Below are positions 1 through 12,110 of a stretch of 64,000 nt of DNA, one piece after another (the first letter of the stretch is position 1; each line of letters starts with the position of its first letter). A program made the position numbers and the translations under genes. Under the pieces are notes generated by a model that was given only the letters and a program-made list of their open reading frames with translations, was not told the DNA's origin and did not search any database. The DNA comes from Podarcis vaucheri (lineage: Eukaryota): the NCBI GenBank assembly GCA_965113315.1, contig OZ220370.1. One strand, written 5' to 3'.

Positions 1-107
1 AGAGGATGGTCTGATAAAATATAACCACAGTAGCCTTTGCACTTGAAATATTTTAATTTTCTGTTGATCTAGGATTCAATGAGGCATTCAAGTAGTATAT
101 CCAATTA

Positions 108-274
108 CCGTATTTTTTGCACCATAACACTCACTTTTTTCCTCCTAGAAAGTAAGGGGAAATGTCTGTGCGTGTTATGGAGGGAATGCCTACAGGTGGC
201 ATGCCTACGGAGTTTCCTCCTCTAAAAACTACGTGCATGTTATGGTCGGGTGCGTGTTATAGAGCGAAAAATAC
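108..274. mobile_element. Tc2/pogo-like MITE (CCGTATTTTT termini), short variant
   Basis: TA followed by CCGTATTTTTTGCACCATAACAC at the left; GTGTTATAGAGCGAAAAATAC at the right with terminal GG lost. Ends match the copy at 18816-19179. Confidence 0.85.
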
Positions 275-977
275 ACCTTCCAAGCTTTTTATATGCTGTT
301 TACCCCCAAACAGAAGCAGACAGTAGAAATCATTAGCTAAATAATGGTATGAAGATAGGATTTAAGGCTATGTAGACTGGCACCAAAGAAAATAACCCTA
401 ATACATTTAACACCTTTCTACTATTTCACACACCTTTTTCTCAAAAACAGAGCTTAGAAAAGCATTTCAGCAGAGCTTTTAACCGATGACTGAAGTTTTC
501 CGATGCACAAGTTAGTTTATTTATTTATTTATTGAAAAAGTAATGCCTCTTTTCCCCCTGAATGTTAAAATGGGAACCATAACACAAACGTTTTCTGAGT
601 AAATTCTCGGGATATAATTACAATTATTGAGAACACTCTGGTTTCTACCAGATGTTGGGTAAAAGAACAGAGCAAGAAAACTGTTTCCATTTTCTCTTGT
701 TATCAGTATCAAAACAATAGTTTCTGTTTTCATTGTGACAAGCAAACCCTTATTCACATCCTCTACACTGCAGAACAGTATAACAGAAGAGGCCTGAACC
801 TAAGTATGTAATAGAAGCAATGATAATCTTGCAGATAATCTTCCATTTTTAAGTGCATAAAATGCAAGGAAATAAATAATCACACACATACACACATGAA
901 AAAGCAGAATGGATCAATGATACAAATATAGCATTCTACTACTTCCTCATCTTTAGTACCCCTGCTAGAAGTTTGTA

Positions 978-1330
978 CAGGCAACTCTCCATTTACACAT
1001 GTTCTATTTGAGTGTGACCACACATACAGTGCCAGGAACCCAGAAGTGGATCCCAGAAATGGAGAGCACCCTGGAGAGCCTTCCTGGCTCATGTGGAGAC
1101 CCTCCCCATAGCCCATAGAGGATGCCCTTTTTGGGTTCTGTGAAGGGTCTCCTCTCGAGCTGGAAGCACAAGCAGGGCTTTGCAGAGGCCTCCTGTCTAA
1201 CAGCTGACATGGGGGTAGTGTAGCAGCCACTTTCCTGCATATCAGCTGTGTGAGCCGGAGGGACAACGTGGCTTGCTCAGCTGATGTGCGGGAAAGCTGG
1301 CCTATGAAAGGGAAATATGCTGATTGTACT
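978..1330. mobile_element. Old mariner/Tigger-like MITE remnant
   Basis: Starts TA-CAGGCAACTCTCCATTTAC; GC-richer than flanks; internal inverted repeat CTTTCCTGCATATCAGCTG / CAGCTGATGTGCGGGAAAG. Right end unclear. Confidence 0.35.
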
Positions 1331-1729
1331 ATCTGTGTACCTTTTGCTATCTCTATGACTGAACTGGTTAAAGAGAGGTAATTGGAAATTCATTGGCTAA
1401 AGGAAAGGCCTTGAAAAAATGAGTTTATACATTGTAAATTAAATAACACAAAAATGTTCAAAAAGCATCCTCATGGACAGGAGAAAATACTCCTGTACCT
1501 AAAAGTTAATTGACCACAACAGTTTCAACTATGCAATTCCTGCTCTGAGCATACTTTTATAATAAAACCTTTATGATAAGTATTCCCTAGCAATAAATAG
1601 TTCATCCATATGCACAGCAACAACCAGACTGGGCTGAAAGCACAACCTGTGACTTTAAAGTTACAAATATAATATATACTGGTGCTAACTAGTAGTCTCA
1701 TACCTTCTTCTCCTCCCTTCCCTTCTAAA

Positions 1730-2074
1730 AAAGGTAAGTCCAGTTGCGAACGACTTTGGGGTTGCGGCGCTCTTCTCGCTTTACTGGCCGAGGGAGCCAA
1801 CGTTTGTCCGCAGACAGTTTTTCTGGGTCATATGGCCAGCATGACTAAGCCGCTTCTGGCAAAACCAGAGCAGTACATGGAAATGCTGTTTACCTTCCCG
1901 CCAGAGTGGTACCTATTTATCTACTTGCACTTTGATGTACTTTCGAACTGCTAGGTTGGCAGGAGCTGGAACTGAGCAATGGGAGCTCACCCCGTCGTGG
2001 GGATTCGAACCGCCGACCTTCTGATCGGCAAGCCCTAGGCTCAGTGGTTTAGACCACAGCGCCACCCACGTCCC
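1730..2074 (-). mobile_element. Sauria SINE (near full length)
   Basis: Reverse complement begins GGGACGTGGGTGGCGCTGTGG (A box) and contains GGTTCGAATCC (B box); body matches the copies at 32659 and 45922. Confidence 0.93.
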
Positions 2075-2494
2075 TTCTAGAAAGTAAATAAAACAAAGCA
2101 CATAATGTCATCACATTGATGAGTGCCTCACTTCTGCAAGCCACATCCAATTAAGGTGGGAAGGTGGGATTCTCAACACAATGATATCACATCAGAGTTT
2201 CTCTTTCGCTCTCTCTAGACATTACCAGCAGAGAGAATATTAGGAGACACATCATTGAATGCCAGGTTCTGCCCACAACTGCACAATTTTATACAAATCA
2301 GTGCGGCAAGATTTAATATCTGTTGAGTTACAAAAATAGATAAAGCCAAAACAAGCCACTGTTATGGCCAAGTGAATAAAGTAAAATAAAACAAAACAAT
2401 CCAACTGCTACATTACTAAAACTTTACATAAAATAAGAGACTTGGCTTTGCTAAGTGTGTCTTTCTTTGCACAACTGTATTATACAAATCTCAC

Positions 2495-2808
2495 CATACC
2501 GAATTCCTTTCTACTATCTATGGCAACAGTAAATGAATGCCAGTTAAGTTGAATTCTCCAATTTGAGATGTAATCCTGCCAATATAAGCATAATATCCGA
2601 AAGCAAAGTTACTAGAATTTCCCTTCATATCCCAGGATGATTATTTAATGTTTCATAAAGAACAGTCTATGAATTTCCTGAAAACTTTACTGTTTTTGCA
2701 ACATCTGTAACTACTCAAAGCCTCCACTCTACACAATCATCACTATTCATTGAATGAAATAAAGGTTCATTGGTAACAGATATATAAGTACACAAAGCCT
2801 TCTGTACC
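2495..2808 (-). other. Probable non-coding (5' UTR) exon of a minus-strand host gene, tentatively NCOA1-like (unverified)
   Basis: Acceptor ctgac...cttttttactttcaatgcag|GG at 2808, with a weaker alternative ttttcag|GA at 2677. Donor ATG|gtgaga at 2495, alternative CG|gtatgg at 2500. Unique sequence with no long ORF. Gene guess rests on recollection only. Confidence 0.45.
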
Positions 2809-3097
2809 CTGCATTGAAAGTAAAAAAGTTTAATACGAAAGTCAGAGCATGAATTTAGTAAATGATTAGGTACCTCTGAAGAGACACAGCTATAGACAGA
2901 CAGACACTCTATCACAGTTGATAAATTAAGGCTGTGCATTTACTAAAGGTTGCTAAACAAATGCAAGCATAAAAATAATAAAGAGGTTGGGTAAGTAAAT
3001 AATACAATTTAGGTATATTTTGACAACTGTATCTAGGCCCAAAAGAGCCAACACTGGCTTTGGGCTACATCGTTCCACCAAAGAAATGTTTGCTATA

Positions 3098-3630
3098 CAG
3101 TGGTACCTCAGGTTATGAACAGCCTAGTTAACGAAGATTTTGGATTATGACCACTTCAAACCCGGAAATGAGTGTTTCGGGTTGCGGTTGTGGTTTTTTT
3201 GTGTACGAACCGATGTTCAGGGGTACCGCCACATTTTCCCATCCTCCAAGGCTTCTCTCTCCTTCCTCCATGAGCCTGGGAGGCCCCTGGGTTGTTGGTT
3301 CTTTGGCAGTGGCGGTGGGGGGAAAGCAGTGGGCAGTGGGTCAGGCATGGAAGGCGGAGAAGGAGGGCCGAGAGCGGCGGCGGCAGAGCTGCCACTGCAC
3401 AAAGGCACTTTGTTCTGCTTCAATAGGCAGCGCGATACCTCCCTTTCCATTGGAGCCGCCCCAATCCCATTCCTACTTGCGTGCAAGCAGGAGGGGGCAG
3501 GGATCCCTCAACTGGGAAGGGAGGCTTCGCACTGCATGAGAGATCCTTGCCCCCTCCTGCTTGCACGCAAGTAGGAGTTGGGATCGGGGCTGCTCCGATA
3601 AGCAGCACGAAGCCTCTCTTCACAGCTGAG
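3098..3630. mobile_element. Tc1/mariner-type MITE, left end plus GC-rich cargo, right TIR missing
   Basis: TA-CAGTGGTACCTCAGGTTA terminus shared with the 15071 family; GC/CpG-rich interior with a ~55-bp inverted repeat. Confidence 0.65.
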
Positions 3631-3998
3631 AGATCCTTATTCTTATGTCAGCACCCATGAGAGTTACTTAACCCATAGGGTTAAGCATGGGAATGCAGAA
3701 ATTTGCATACATTTGGATAATATTGTCTTCTCTCCCAGTGTTCCTTCCTTCTTTTTCACTCTGCCTTGGCCCAGCCCCACTCTCACAAAAACAAAGCAGC
3801 AACCAAAAACGAAATCCCATGACAGAGGCAGAAGTAAGGTATGGCATTTACTGAGCATGCTAGAGCAATTTATTTTCATCAGATGAAAATGAAATGCCAA
3901 TGTTTCAATTTGAGAAATGATCCAATTGGTTCTTCATTTATATAGAAAGGCACTATTTAATTCAATGTATCTGGTAGGGGCATTGATTCTGTTTAGTG

Positions 3999-4253
3999 CA
4001 GGGGTCAGCAAACTTTTTCAGCAGGGGGCCGGTCCACTGTCCCTCAGACCTTGTGGGGGGCTGGACTATATTTTTTTTTGGGGGGGGGACGATGACGAAT
4101 TCCTATGCCCCACAAATAACGCAGAGATGCATTTTAAATGAAAGGACACATTCTACTCATGTAAAAACGTGCTGATTGCTAGACCATCTGCGGACTGGAT
4201 TAGAAGGCGACTGGGCCGGATCCGGCCCCTGGGCCTTAGTTTGCCTACCCATG
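3999..4253. mobile_element. hAT (Charlie-like) MITE
   Basis: Termini CAGGGGTCAGCAAAC ... GTTTGCCTACCCATG; perfect 8-bp TSD GTTTAGTG (3991-3998 / 4254-4261). Confidence 0.9.
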
Positions 4254-4695
4254 GTTTAGTGATTAACTGTATGGTAAACAGGTTTATGTAAAATTAACCT
4301 AGTTGTTACTTACAATAAACTTTTTTTACAATAAAGATTCAAATTTTTTTTTAAATACAATTTGCCAGGAAACAAATCATCCCCCACAAGAATACAAAAG
4401 TTACCCAAATCTGATTTACACTGAATTAGACCCTAGCCTGGTTTTTGTTATCTATCATACACCAGTCACCTCCTATCTGAACTACAACAATATGTTGTAC
4501 ATAGGACAGTCTTTAAATATAGCGTGGAAGTTTCAGTTAGTTCAGAACACAGCTGCAAGATTGCTAAATGGGACAGGAAGGTATATCTCACTAAACCTGT
4601 ACAAGCTTCATAGGCTCCTAGTCTTTTTCCGATTCACATTGCTGTTGTTGTTTTTTTTTTTTTTACTTTTAAATCCATTCACAGCTTGAATCTAT

Positions 4696-4912
4696 TGCAG
4701 ATAGGTAGCCGTGTTGGTCTGCCATAGTCAAAATAAAAAAATTCCTTCCAGTAGCACCTTAAAGACCAACTAAGTTAGTTCTTGGTATGAGTTTTCGTGT
4801 GCATGCACACTTCTTCAGAAGTGTGTATCTGAAGAAGTGTGCATGCACACGAAAGCTCATACCAAGAACTAACTTAGTTGGTCTTTAAGGTGCTACTGGA
4901 AGGATTTTTTTT
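4696..4912. mobile_element. Penelope-like element (PLE) remnant with inverted terminal-repeat arms
   Basis: Begins GGTAGCCGTGTTGGTCTG; 77-bp inverted arms at 4743-4819 / 4828-4904 with 1 mismatch; 13-bp TSD AGCTTGAATCTAT (4683-4695 / 4913-4925); contains a hammerhead core. Confidence 0.8.
4825..4862 (+). ncRNA. Minimal type I hammerhead ribozyme motif (PLE-associated)
   Basis: GUAU-CUGAAGA-A-GUGUG(CAUG)CACAC-GAAA-GC-UC^AUAC. Complete CUGANGA and GAAA boxes, 4-bp stem I, 5-bp stem II, palindromic AGCU stem III, predicted cleavage after C4858. Confidence 0.75.
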
Positions 4913-5130
4913 AGCTTGAATCTATGTTGAAGGATCGATTGCCACCCTATGTACTTATCCAGACCTTGAAGATCTTCTCAAGCCCTTCCTTGGATGCTCC
5001 ACCAATTGAGGTGCAAGCCCTTCACAGAGGTTGCATCCCCGCTACAGACTGCCCTTCCCAGAGCAGACTCTCTGGTACCCACACTGATGTCATTTCTGTC
5101 ATTTATCCCATTCTGTCATTTATCCCACCT

Positions 5131-5274
5131 GTTAAATAGCTCTGCTGGTAAAGCATGAGACTCTTCATTTCAGAGTCGTGTGTTTGAACCCCACATTGGA
5201 CAAAGGATTCCTGCATTGCAGGGGATGGACTAGACAACTCACATGGTCTCTTCCAACTCTACAAATCTACGATT
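5131..5274 (+). mobile_element. tRNA-Lys-derived SINE with CR1-type 3' tail
   Basis: Head TAGCTC..GGTAAAGCATGAGACTCTT..CAGAGTCGTG resembles tRNA-Lys(CTT); tail GGACTAGA...CTTCCAACTCTAC..TCTACGATT resembles a CR1 3' end. Confidence 0.8.
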
Positions 5275-6455
5275 TCACAATGTCAAGTAAATATATTTTT
5301 AACTTATCAGGCAAGATGGGCCCAACTTTTTTAAATTACATATTTTTTTTATTATACTTAAGTATCTCAGTTCTAAATACCCTCATTTTCCTTTCCCTTC
5401 TTCATTAGTCTTGCCCCTCCTCTGTCCAAAAGATGGCCATAGCATGACCATTCCCCAGGAAAAGTTGTGAGTGATCAGCGATCGAATGCTGTAAAAGACA
5501 GCAAAATGTTAAAGATTCGTTTCAATTCACTATACCTCTCCCACACTGATTTTTATATAAACAACCTTAAAGCAATGTATTAGAAAAGGGAATGTGCCTT
5601 CCGCTGTCTGACTGAAAGCCAATAATGCTCATGAATTTTTTAGCTAACACACAGATGCCACTGGGAAGACAATGTAATAAACACATTAGGCAGCAAATGG
5701 GCAGCAGGAGCTCTTTACCACATATTGTAACCATCAGATACATGACTAAGATTCATGATCATGATTACTGGTACTTAAAAGCACATGCCTTAGCATCTCT
5801 GTCTCTAAAATAAAAGGCTTCCTTTCAAATACTGAGAACTTCAGCTCTGGCAAATCCAAATATCGTTTTTCTACTTTAAGCTATAACTACAACCAGGAAA
5901 AAAATTAGCTAGTCTGACATCAACACAAAATGGCTTCTAGTATCTGTATTCCCATACACTAAGGTTCTTAATATAGCTGTTCACTGAGCTGCTTACATAT
6001 TAGACTACGTCAGCCACCTCTAATAAGCCCCTCTAATAAGCCCCAAAATAGCAGGAGAAGGTTTTAACACCACAACAGAAAAGAAAGTTGCATTCTTTGA
6101 GTAATGTACAGGAATTTTGATTCAGTCTTCACTCATTCTGCAACTGATGCAAGGCATTTTGCTTGATCAAAAATCACAGCAAAAAGCCTGAATGCTTTTA
6201 AAAAGAAAAGTGAGGTCTGAGGAAGGGACCAACACAATCGATGTTAAGTCACGTAACTTCTTTTTTAAAAATCTACTGCTATTGCTGACAGCCATTTCAG
6301 ATACTCGTTTTACAAAATGACAATAAACAACAGCTGAATTATCGCAAGTCTTCCACTGAGAAGCCAGGAGCACTACAGAGATTATTGTGAGAACAAAATC
6401 CTTTTTCTTAACCACATTATAAACATGTACACTGTATTAATACGTCAAGACTACT

Positions 6456-6457
6456 GA

Positions 6458-6493
<36 letters not shown>

Positions 6494-6512
6494 AAAAGAA
6501 AGAAAGAAAGAA
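6456..6512. repeat. (GAAA)n microsatellite
   Basis: About 14 GAAA units with one interruption. Confidence 0.97.
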
Positions 6513-7189
6513 TGAATTCCATAGGGTTAGGAAGAAAAGGGGATATAAGTACTGTTAACTGATGTGTTATTTCATCTAGGTTTTGCTGAGCATGAAAATG
6601 AGATAAAATGTAATATGCTACAAAATATGCAATACGCTACAAACTATAAGTAGAATTAAGTTCTCTATGGCCATCAACTTCAAGTAGCATTTGACTGAAG
6701 TAATACCTGAAGTGTTTTCAGGACAGTTGTTGCTTTAAATATACAACTCAGCCTACCCCAATTGCTATACAAAATATAGACCCATCACAGAGAAATTTGA
6801 ATTATGAAGAGGAAATCCTTAAATGCTGAACATACAAAAATGCTGCATGCAAAAGTATAATATCATCTGGCTAAAAAGTTCTCTTCAGAAATCCAATAAA
6901 AATAATAAATTAATCAGTTGTAATTCATGAGCTATGGCGTTTGCTAAACATCTTTTCAATGTGATATTTTGTATTTCTTTTGCAAACAAACAGGAGACAT
7001 TCATTCTAGTCTGCAAACTGCCAGGATGTGGAGAGCAGGAAAACAGCACACCCCTACACTTTGCGGAGTCAAGTTAGGACGCAATCTGTACACATTAAAA
7101 ACTGGAGTCTTATTACAATTTTGGCCAAATGTTACCCAAGGTAGTAGCAAGGTAGAAACATATTCTGCAGCTTCCGAAACAAATCCAAA

Positions 7190-7345
7190 ATGTCACTGCG
7201 ATGTACTTTGTGTGGGGCTACCCTTAGGTCTGAACCATTAACTTCAGTTGCAGCAGTTCAGCTGCTGATGGGAATAACCTTATGACAGTATGTAACACCT
7301 GTACTGTCTGTATAGGTTCAAAATTTTGATACTCATGTTCAAAGA
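7190..7345 (+). mobile_element. Short decayed L2 fragment
   Basis: HCDVLCVGLPL resembles the L2 motif YCNALYVGLPL. Confidence 0.5.
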
Positions 7346-7828
7346 TTTGTATTCAAAGCAATGTTGAGTAGCTTCCTTTGTGAGCAGAACAACCTGTTTA
7401 TGCAACAGGGCTCCCCCCACCCAAACTGTTTTGGGGGTTCTTAACAACCTCCCATCAGCTACTTAACTGGCACAGAATGAAATCACAGCATGATTTACAA
7501 AATGGAACTTAAGCTACAAATCTGTTACGCTTAAACCTTTCTTGGTGCAGATACCTATTTGTAACAGAGCAAGTCCAAATATCAACCATAAAGTACACAA
7601 AACCTTTTGCAACAAAACCACAACCAATGAATTTCAGCTGAGATGGAGGCTAACAAATTATATGATTTTCATTTTATTTTATGTCTCTTCATGAATTGGA
7701 TTAAAATTGAACAGAGATGAAGCTCAACACAATGTACATTTGTATTTGTTTTACATAACACAGACAAAAATACCATATTTTTGTGACATTACCATTCTGT
7801 ATGTGCTGGTAGAGAACCTTATGTCATA

Positions 7829-8059
7829 CAGTCATACCTCGTGTTGCGTTAGGATCATGTTGCATCTTTTCGGCTTGCGAACACGGTGTATACTTCCGGG
7901 TTTTGCTGAATGCGCAGAAGCGTTCTGCGTGCTTTGCACATGCACAGAAGCACTCTATTGTGCTCCGTGTTTGTGCAGAAGCACCACTCTAGTTGCGGGC
8001 TTTTTGGGGTGCGAACGGCACACCGGAATAAATCATGTCCGCCACTAGAGGTACCACTG
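7829..8059. mobile_element. Tc1/mariner-type MITE
   Basis: TA-CAGTCATACCTC ... GAGGTACCACTG-TA; CpG-rich interior. Confidence 0.85.
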
Positions 8060-8249
8060 TATTTTCGAATAAAATGTGGACTACACTGTATCATCTTAAA
8101 ACTAAAATCGGAAACATACCATAGTTCTTAATAGAGAGATAAGATACAAATTTATCAGAGCCTGAACTTCTAAAAATTGGGGCAAAGCTGTACTTTCACT
8201 GCAAGCATTGTTATTCAGATTTTACATGAAGCCTAGCATGCTTTAGGAA

Positions 8250-11200
8250 ATTTACTGGTACATAGAAAACAAAAATCATTGAGCACTGTCATGCAGGCTT
8301 ACAAAGCAATCTAATAAGACACCCCTAACCACATAATCATGTGCCACATTTTTAGAGTAAAAAAGCAAAGAAGGTTCATCAAACACAGCCTGCAGAGGCA
8401 AAAATGAAAGTGCAGCCACATGTCATATGGTATAATGAAAGGGGGAAATGTAAATTAAGAAGTCTATAGGATCACCATTCTGTCACTCCTGGGAAAATGT
8501 ATTTCTAACCACTAATGGAAAATCAGCTAGATCCAAGTACATGAGTTCTTTGACACTGAACTGATAAGACTCCTGTCTCATAGAAAAACTTCTTGGCAAT
8601 TGTAAGGAGCAAAAGAAAGATAAACCCTCCACCATCCATGGAAGCTAATAAAATGTCTATGGACTTCAAATTGCATATCATTGTTTAGAATCAAGACGTG
8701 ATAAGCATTAAATCTGTCAAGCCCCTTGGGGGAGGGGAAAATAGCACTAGCTCTTTTTAATCTCCTAATAAAGGGGTTTGTAAATAAGTTACCATGACTC
8801 TTAAGCATGCTGTCAAACTTCTTAAAGATATAGAACCTATAAAATATTGCTAAATTTCGCTCTAGGACTATGAACTGTCTTTTCAAAATTACTATTTGCT
8901 ATATTACATTTCCACAATCCCTGAAAAATGCATGATGTGAAAATAGGAATTAGGGAAATTCTGTTATCAGTATACCCGCAGAACTGACAAAAAATTCTAA
9001 AATTATGGAACTCTTCTCCATGACATCCAGTTAGGAGGGCCAGTGAAGCTGACCCTTCAGAGAGAGTACAATCCTATCCAAACAGGCTATGTTTCAACTC
9101 CTGAATCAATATGTCCACTGACCACTAGCCTGAACTGAGTCTATCCTGTTTGAATTAAGTCAAGCTGGTTATCCCACATCCAATCTATGAGTGTTATGAA
9201 CATATGACTGACACCCAACTCTGGATGATCTCTCTCAACGGTGTCATATACATAAATGTGTTAAATTACATCACTCACTAGATGCAAACTGAAAAGTGTC
9301 CAGTGCAAATTCCCGAACTAAAATGTTCAGGAAGATTTTCCAATTTACATTGTTTTAATTACCTCCAAGTATCATCCTCTAGATCACCCAACTATATAGG
9401 ACAGAATCCACTGCAAAATACTGCCCTCTCCCATGGGCACTATTGGCCTATATCCCAAAAAGTGTAGTGGCAGAATAGGATTCTGAAGTAGCAAGCACTA
9501 GGTTCCACCATTGCAGATTCAAGATTTCTCATGATAAGCAATTTAAAACAAACAAACAAACAAAACAAAAGCCATGTCTGTTTCTTGCCACCCCCATCTA
9601 CACCACTTTCCCCTTCATTTCTGGGGGGGGGGGGGGACTTAACCTAACATTGCCAGAAGAGCCCTAAAAGAATATGCACATTTATTACGCAGAGGCTACT
9701 GATAATAGTACATATATCAGAAGCCTCTGCAACTCCATGGGGAACATTGCTCCAAATCTGGCTAACCAGGTGAACCACCTGGCTTGGCTCACTTAAGATC
9801 CTAGCACAATGCTATTGCCTTTGTTGCAATTGTAGTTGTTTCCCAGCTCTTAATGACATATCTTACCCCTTTATCTTTAAGGTAAATGCCCAAGCACTGA
9901 CCCACACAGCAACAATATTGGCATATACTCTTCCTCAACCATGATAAGGGTTTTTATCTTTAGCCCACTGAATGACTAGGGTTGCAGTTCTAGCCTGCTG
10001 CCTATTTATTGTTTCCCACTCTTGATAGGCTTTAAAGCTATCTGAGTCTAATCTCAAATAAAAGTGGAAGAATGCATAAACCACTGTATAAAATACTTTT
10101 AGAAATGCCTCTTTCTTTGGTAGAATATAGCTGAAATCTTGGGATACAATAGTAATCTGATACAAAACAGCACTTATAAGAATAAACAACCTAATCATAA
10201 GCCTGTTTGACTCAGTAGGACCCCCCAAGTAATGGAACCTTTCAATAAGTGTACTCAGAACCAGAGCCTTTGACTCACATACCATCTAAGAACAGAATAA
10301 TACCAGGCCTCAAAATATATGGGCAAAGAAGGAGGGCAGTCACAGAACTTGGAGTGTGTGGGGGTCTATTTCTAAAGGCCAGAGGTTTCGTTCATTCTTA
10401 ACCATAAGTAATATATTTATTATCAGGGACAGCAACTGAAGACATTACAGGGGACGCTCGGGTTGAAAACGTGATGGGGGGGGCACGTTCGCAACCCGCA
10501 GCGTTCGCAACCCGCAGCGCCGCGTCTGCACAGGTCGCGATTTGGCGCTTCTGCGCATGTGCAAAGCGCGATTTAGTGCTTTTGCACATGCATGAGCGCC
10601 GAAAACCGGAAGTAACCCGTTCCAGTACTTCCAGGTTTTGGCGCGTCCATAACCCGAAAACGCACAACCTGAAGCATCTGTAACCTGAGGTATGACTGTA
10701 ACTTGTATCCCTCTAAGTCTGTGGTTTTCTTAAGATCTCTAAGGATAAGGCCCATGAACAACCAGACCAGCGTGCTGAGAATCAGTTTTAAAATTGATGC
10801 TACTTTGCAGTCCACAACCCAATCACCTATATAACATACAGACCCCACAGCTATTGAAAGTATGTTGAGAAGTATCATGATCATTGCCTGGCTTGCAAGT
10901 TTGACATACGGAGAAGCAATCATATGATGGCTTGATTTCTTAAAAGTGAACTCTAAATGATTATTTGATAGAGTGAAATTTATCCTACACTTGCATGTAC
11001 CATTTATCTACACTAACAATACTTAATTGTACCTTACCTTTATTACATAAATGTAACATGTTATAATATATATTCTAATAGGCATGCAAGGAAGAAAGCT
11101 CAAGATTCTTGCACAGGAGAAATGCAAACAATGTTAACATATATAAAGCTAGGAATGCATGGTAAATCACATTATCCTTCAGAATCCCATGACTAAATCT

Positions 11201-12110
11201 CAAGGAGCACTTCACAATGCAGTGAAACCAGTAGGTAGAGAATTACACCAGACATTTTAGCAAAGGTGCTGAATAGAGTACAACCTTTCAAGTAAGTCCA
11301 GGGCAGTTATTACCTCACAACATTTTTAGTAGTCAGCCTGGAAGGTGATGATGGAGGGAAGAACCATGTTTGATCAACCTTCTCTGCCTGATCACCTAGA
11401 TGCAACCCTGAATGACCCTCAGTGCATGTCATACCTATGACCTCTGACTCCCCTTCTTCAGGGAATGAGTCCAAGGGCTTGGAATGGAGAGGAAATTTCC
11501 CTCAGGGACAGATCCAGATGTACATAACTAACCTGAAGCACTTGTGCAAGAGGAGCCTGTTGTTCCAGTACCTTTCTGGCTGGAGGATGTCCTGTCATCT
11601 GCCTCTGACTCACGACGATTCCAGCTCAGAAGCCTTAGTGGAACCATAGTCTCCCCTACTACATCAGATTGCTAGAGCAGTTGCCCCTTTTAAAGCAAGA
11701 GTCTCCTCTCAATGAAAGTAGAAGTAGCAACCAATATTGAATCTTAAAAAGGGACTGCAGCTCTATCTAAGCATGACTGTCACGAGAGCAACATCTGAGC
11801 TCTGCTCTAATGGGACTTTTCAATCTGATCTCTTCATGGAAACCTTGCCTTGCCTATGTACTGTTAAAGACATTGCACCAAGCAGTGCACACCTGCTATT
11901 ACACAAGACCTCCCATATATTCACCCAGCTTTGTGCTGCCTTCTGGAGTGGTCAAGCAGCCAATACTCAAACCCACTATAAAATGTGGGAGGCATGCATG
12001 GGCCTCCCATTTTGTGTAATGGCCACTATGTGTAGACACTGGGTGAGTGGTGCAGCAAAGAGGGCAGAGTCCCAGATCTATCATTTACCATGTACACAGA
12101 AAAGCCTCTG
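8250..12110 (-). mobile_element. Highly decayed DIRS-like (tyrosine recombinase) retrotransposon remnant
   Basis: Minus-strand peptide remnants in DIRS order: IGDWVVD (RT N-terminus, ~10830), INRQ...IQWA (RNase H, ~9990), NLFTNPFIRRLKRASAIFP (YR N-terminus, ~8770), SVKELMYL (YR box I-like, ~8545). Many stops; boundaries approximate. Confidence 0.45.
10448..10698. mobile_element. Tc1/mariner-type MITE
   Basis: TA-CAGGGGACGCTCGGGTT ... AACCTGAGGTATGACTG-TA; shares the CAGTCATACCTC end with the 7829 copy, in opposite orientation. Confidence 0.85.

Larger units (their letters stand above)
4450..5075 (+). mobile_element. Decayed L2-clade LINE fragment, interrupted by a Penelope-like insertion
   Basis: Translates to VTSYLNYNNMLYIGQSLNIAWKFQLVQNTAARLL, matching the L2 ORF2 motif SRLDYCN...LQLVQNAAARLL. 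Confidence 0.75.

Noticed and set aside
5131-5200. tRNA-Lys gene (also 17860-17930; tRNA-Ile at 35975)
   Set aside because: Degenerate or incomplete cloverleaves fused to CR1 tails, so these are SINE heads.
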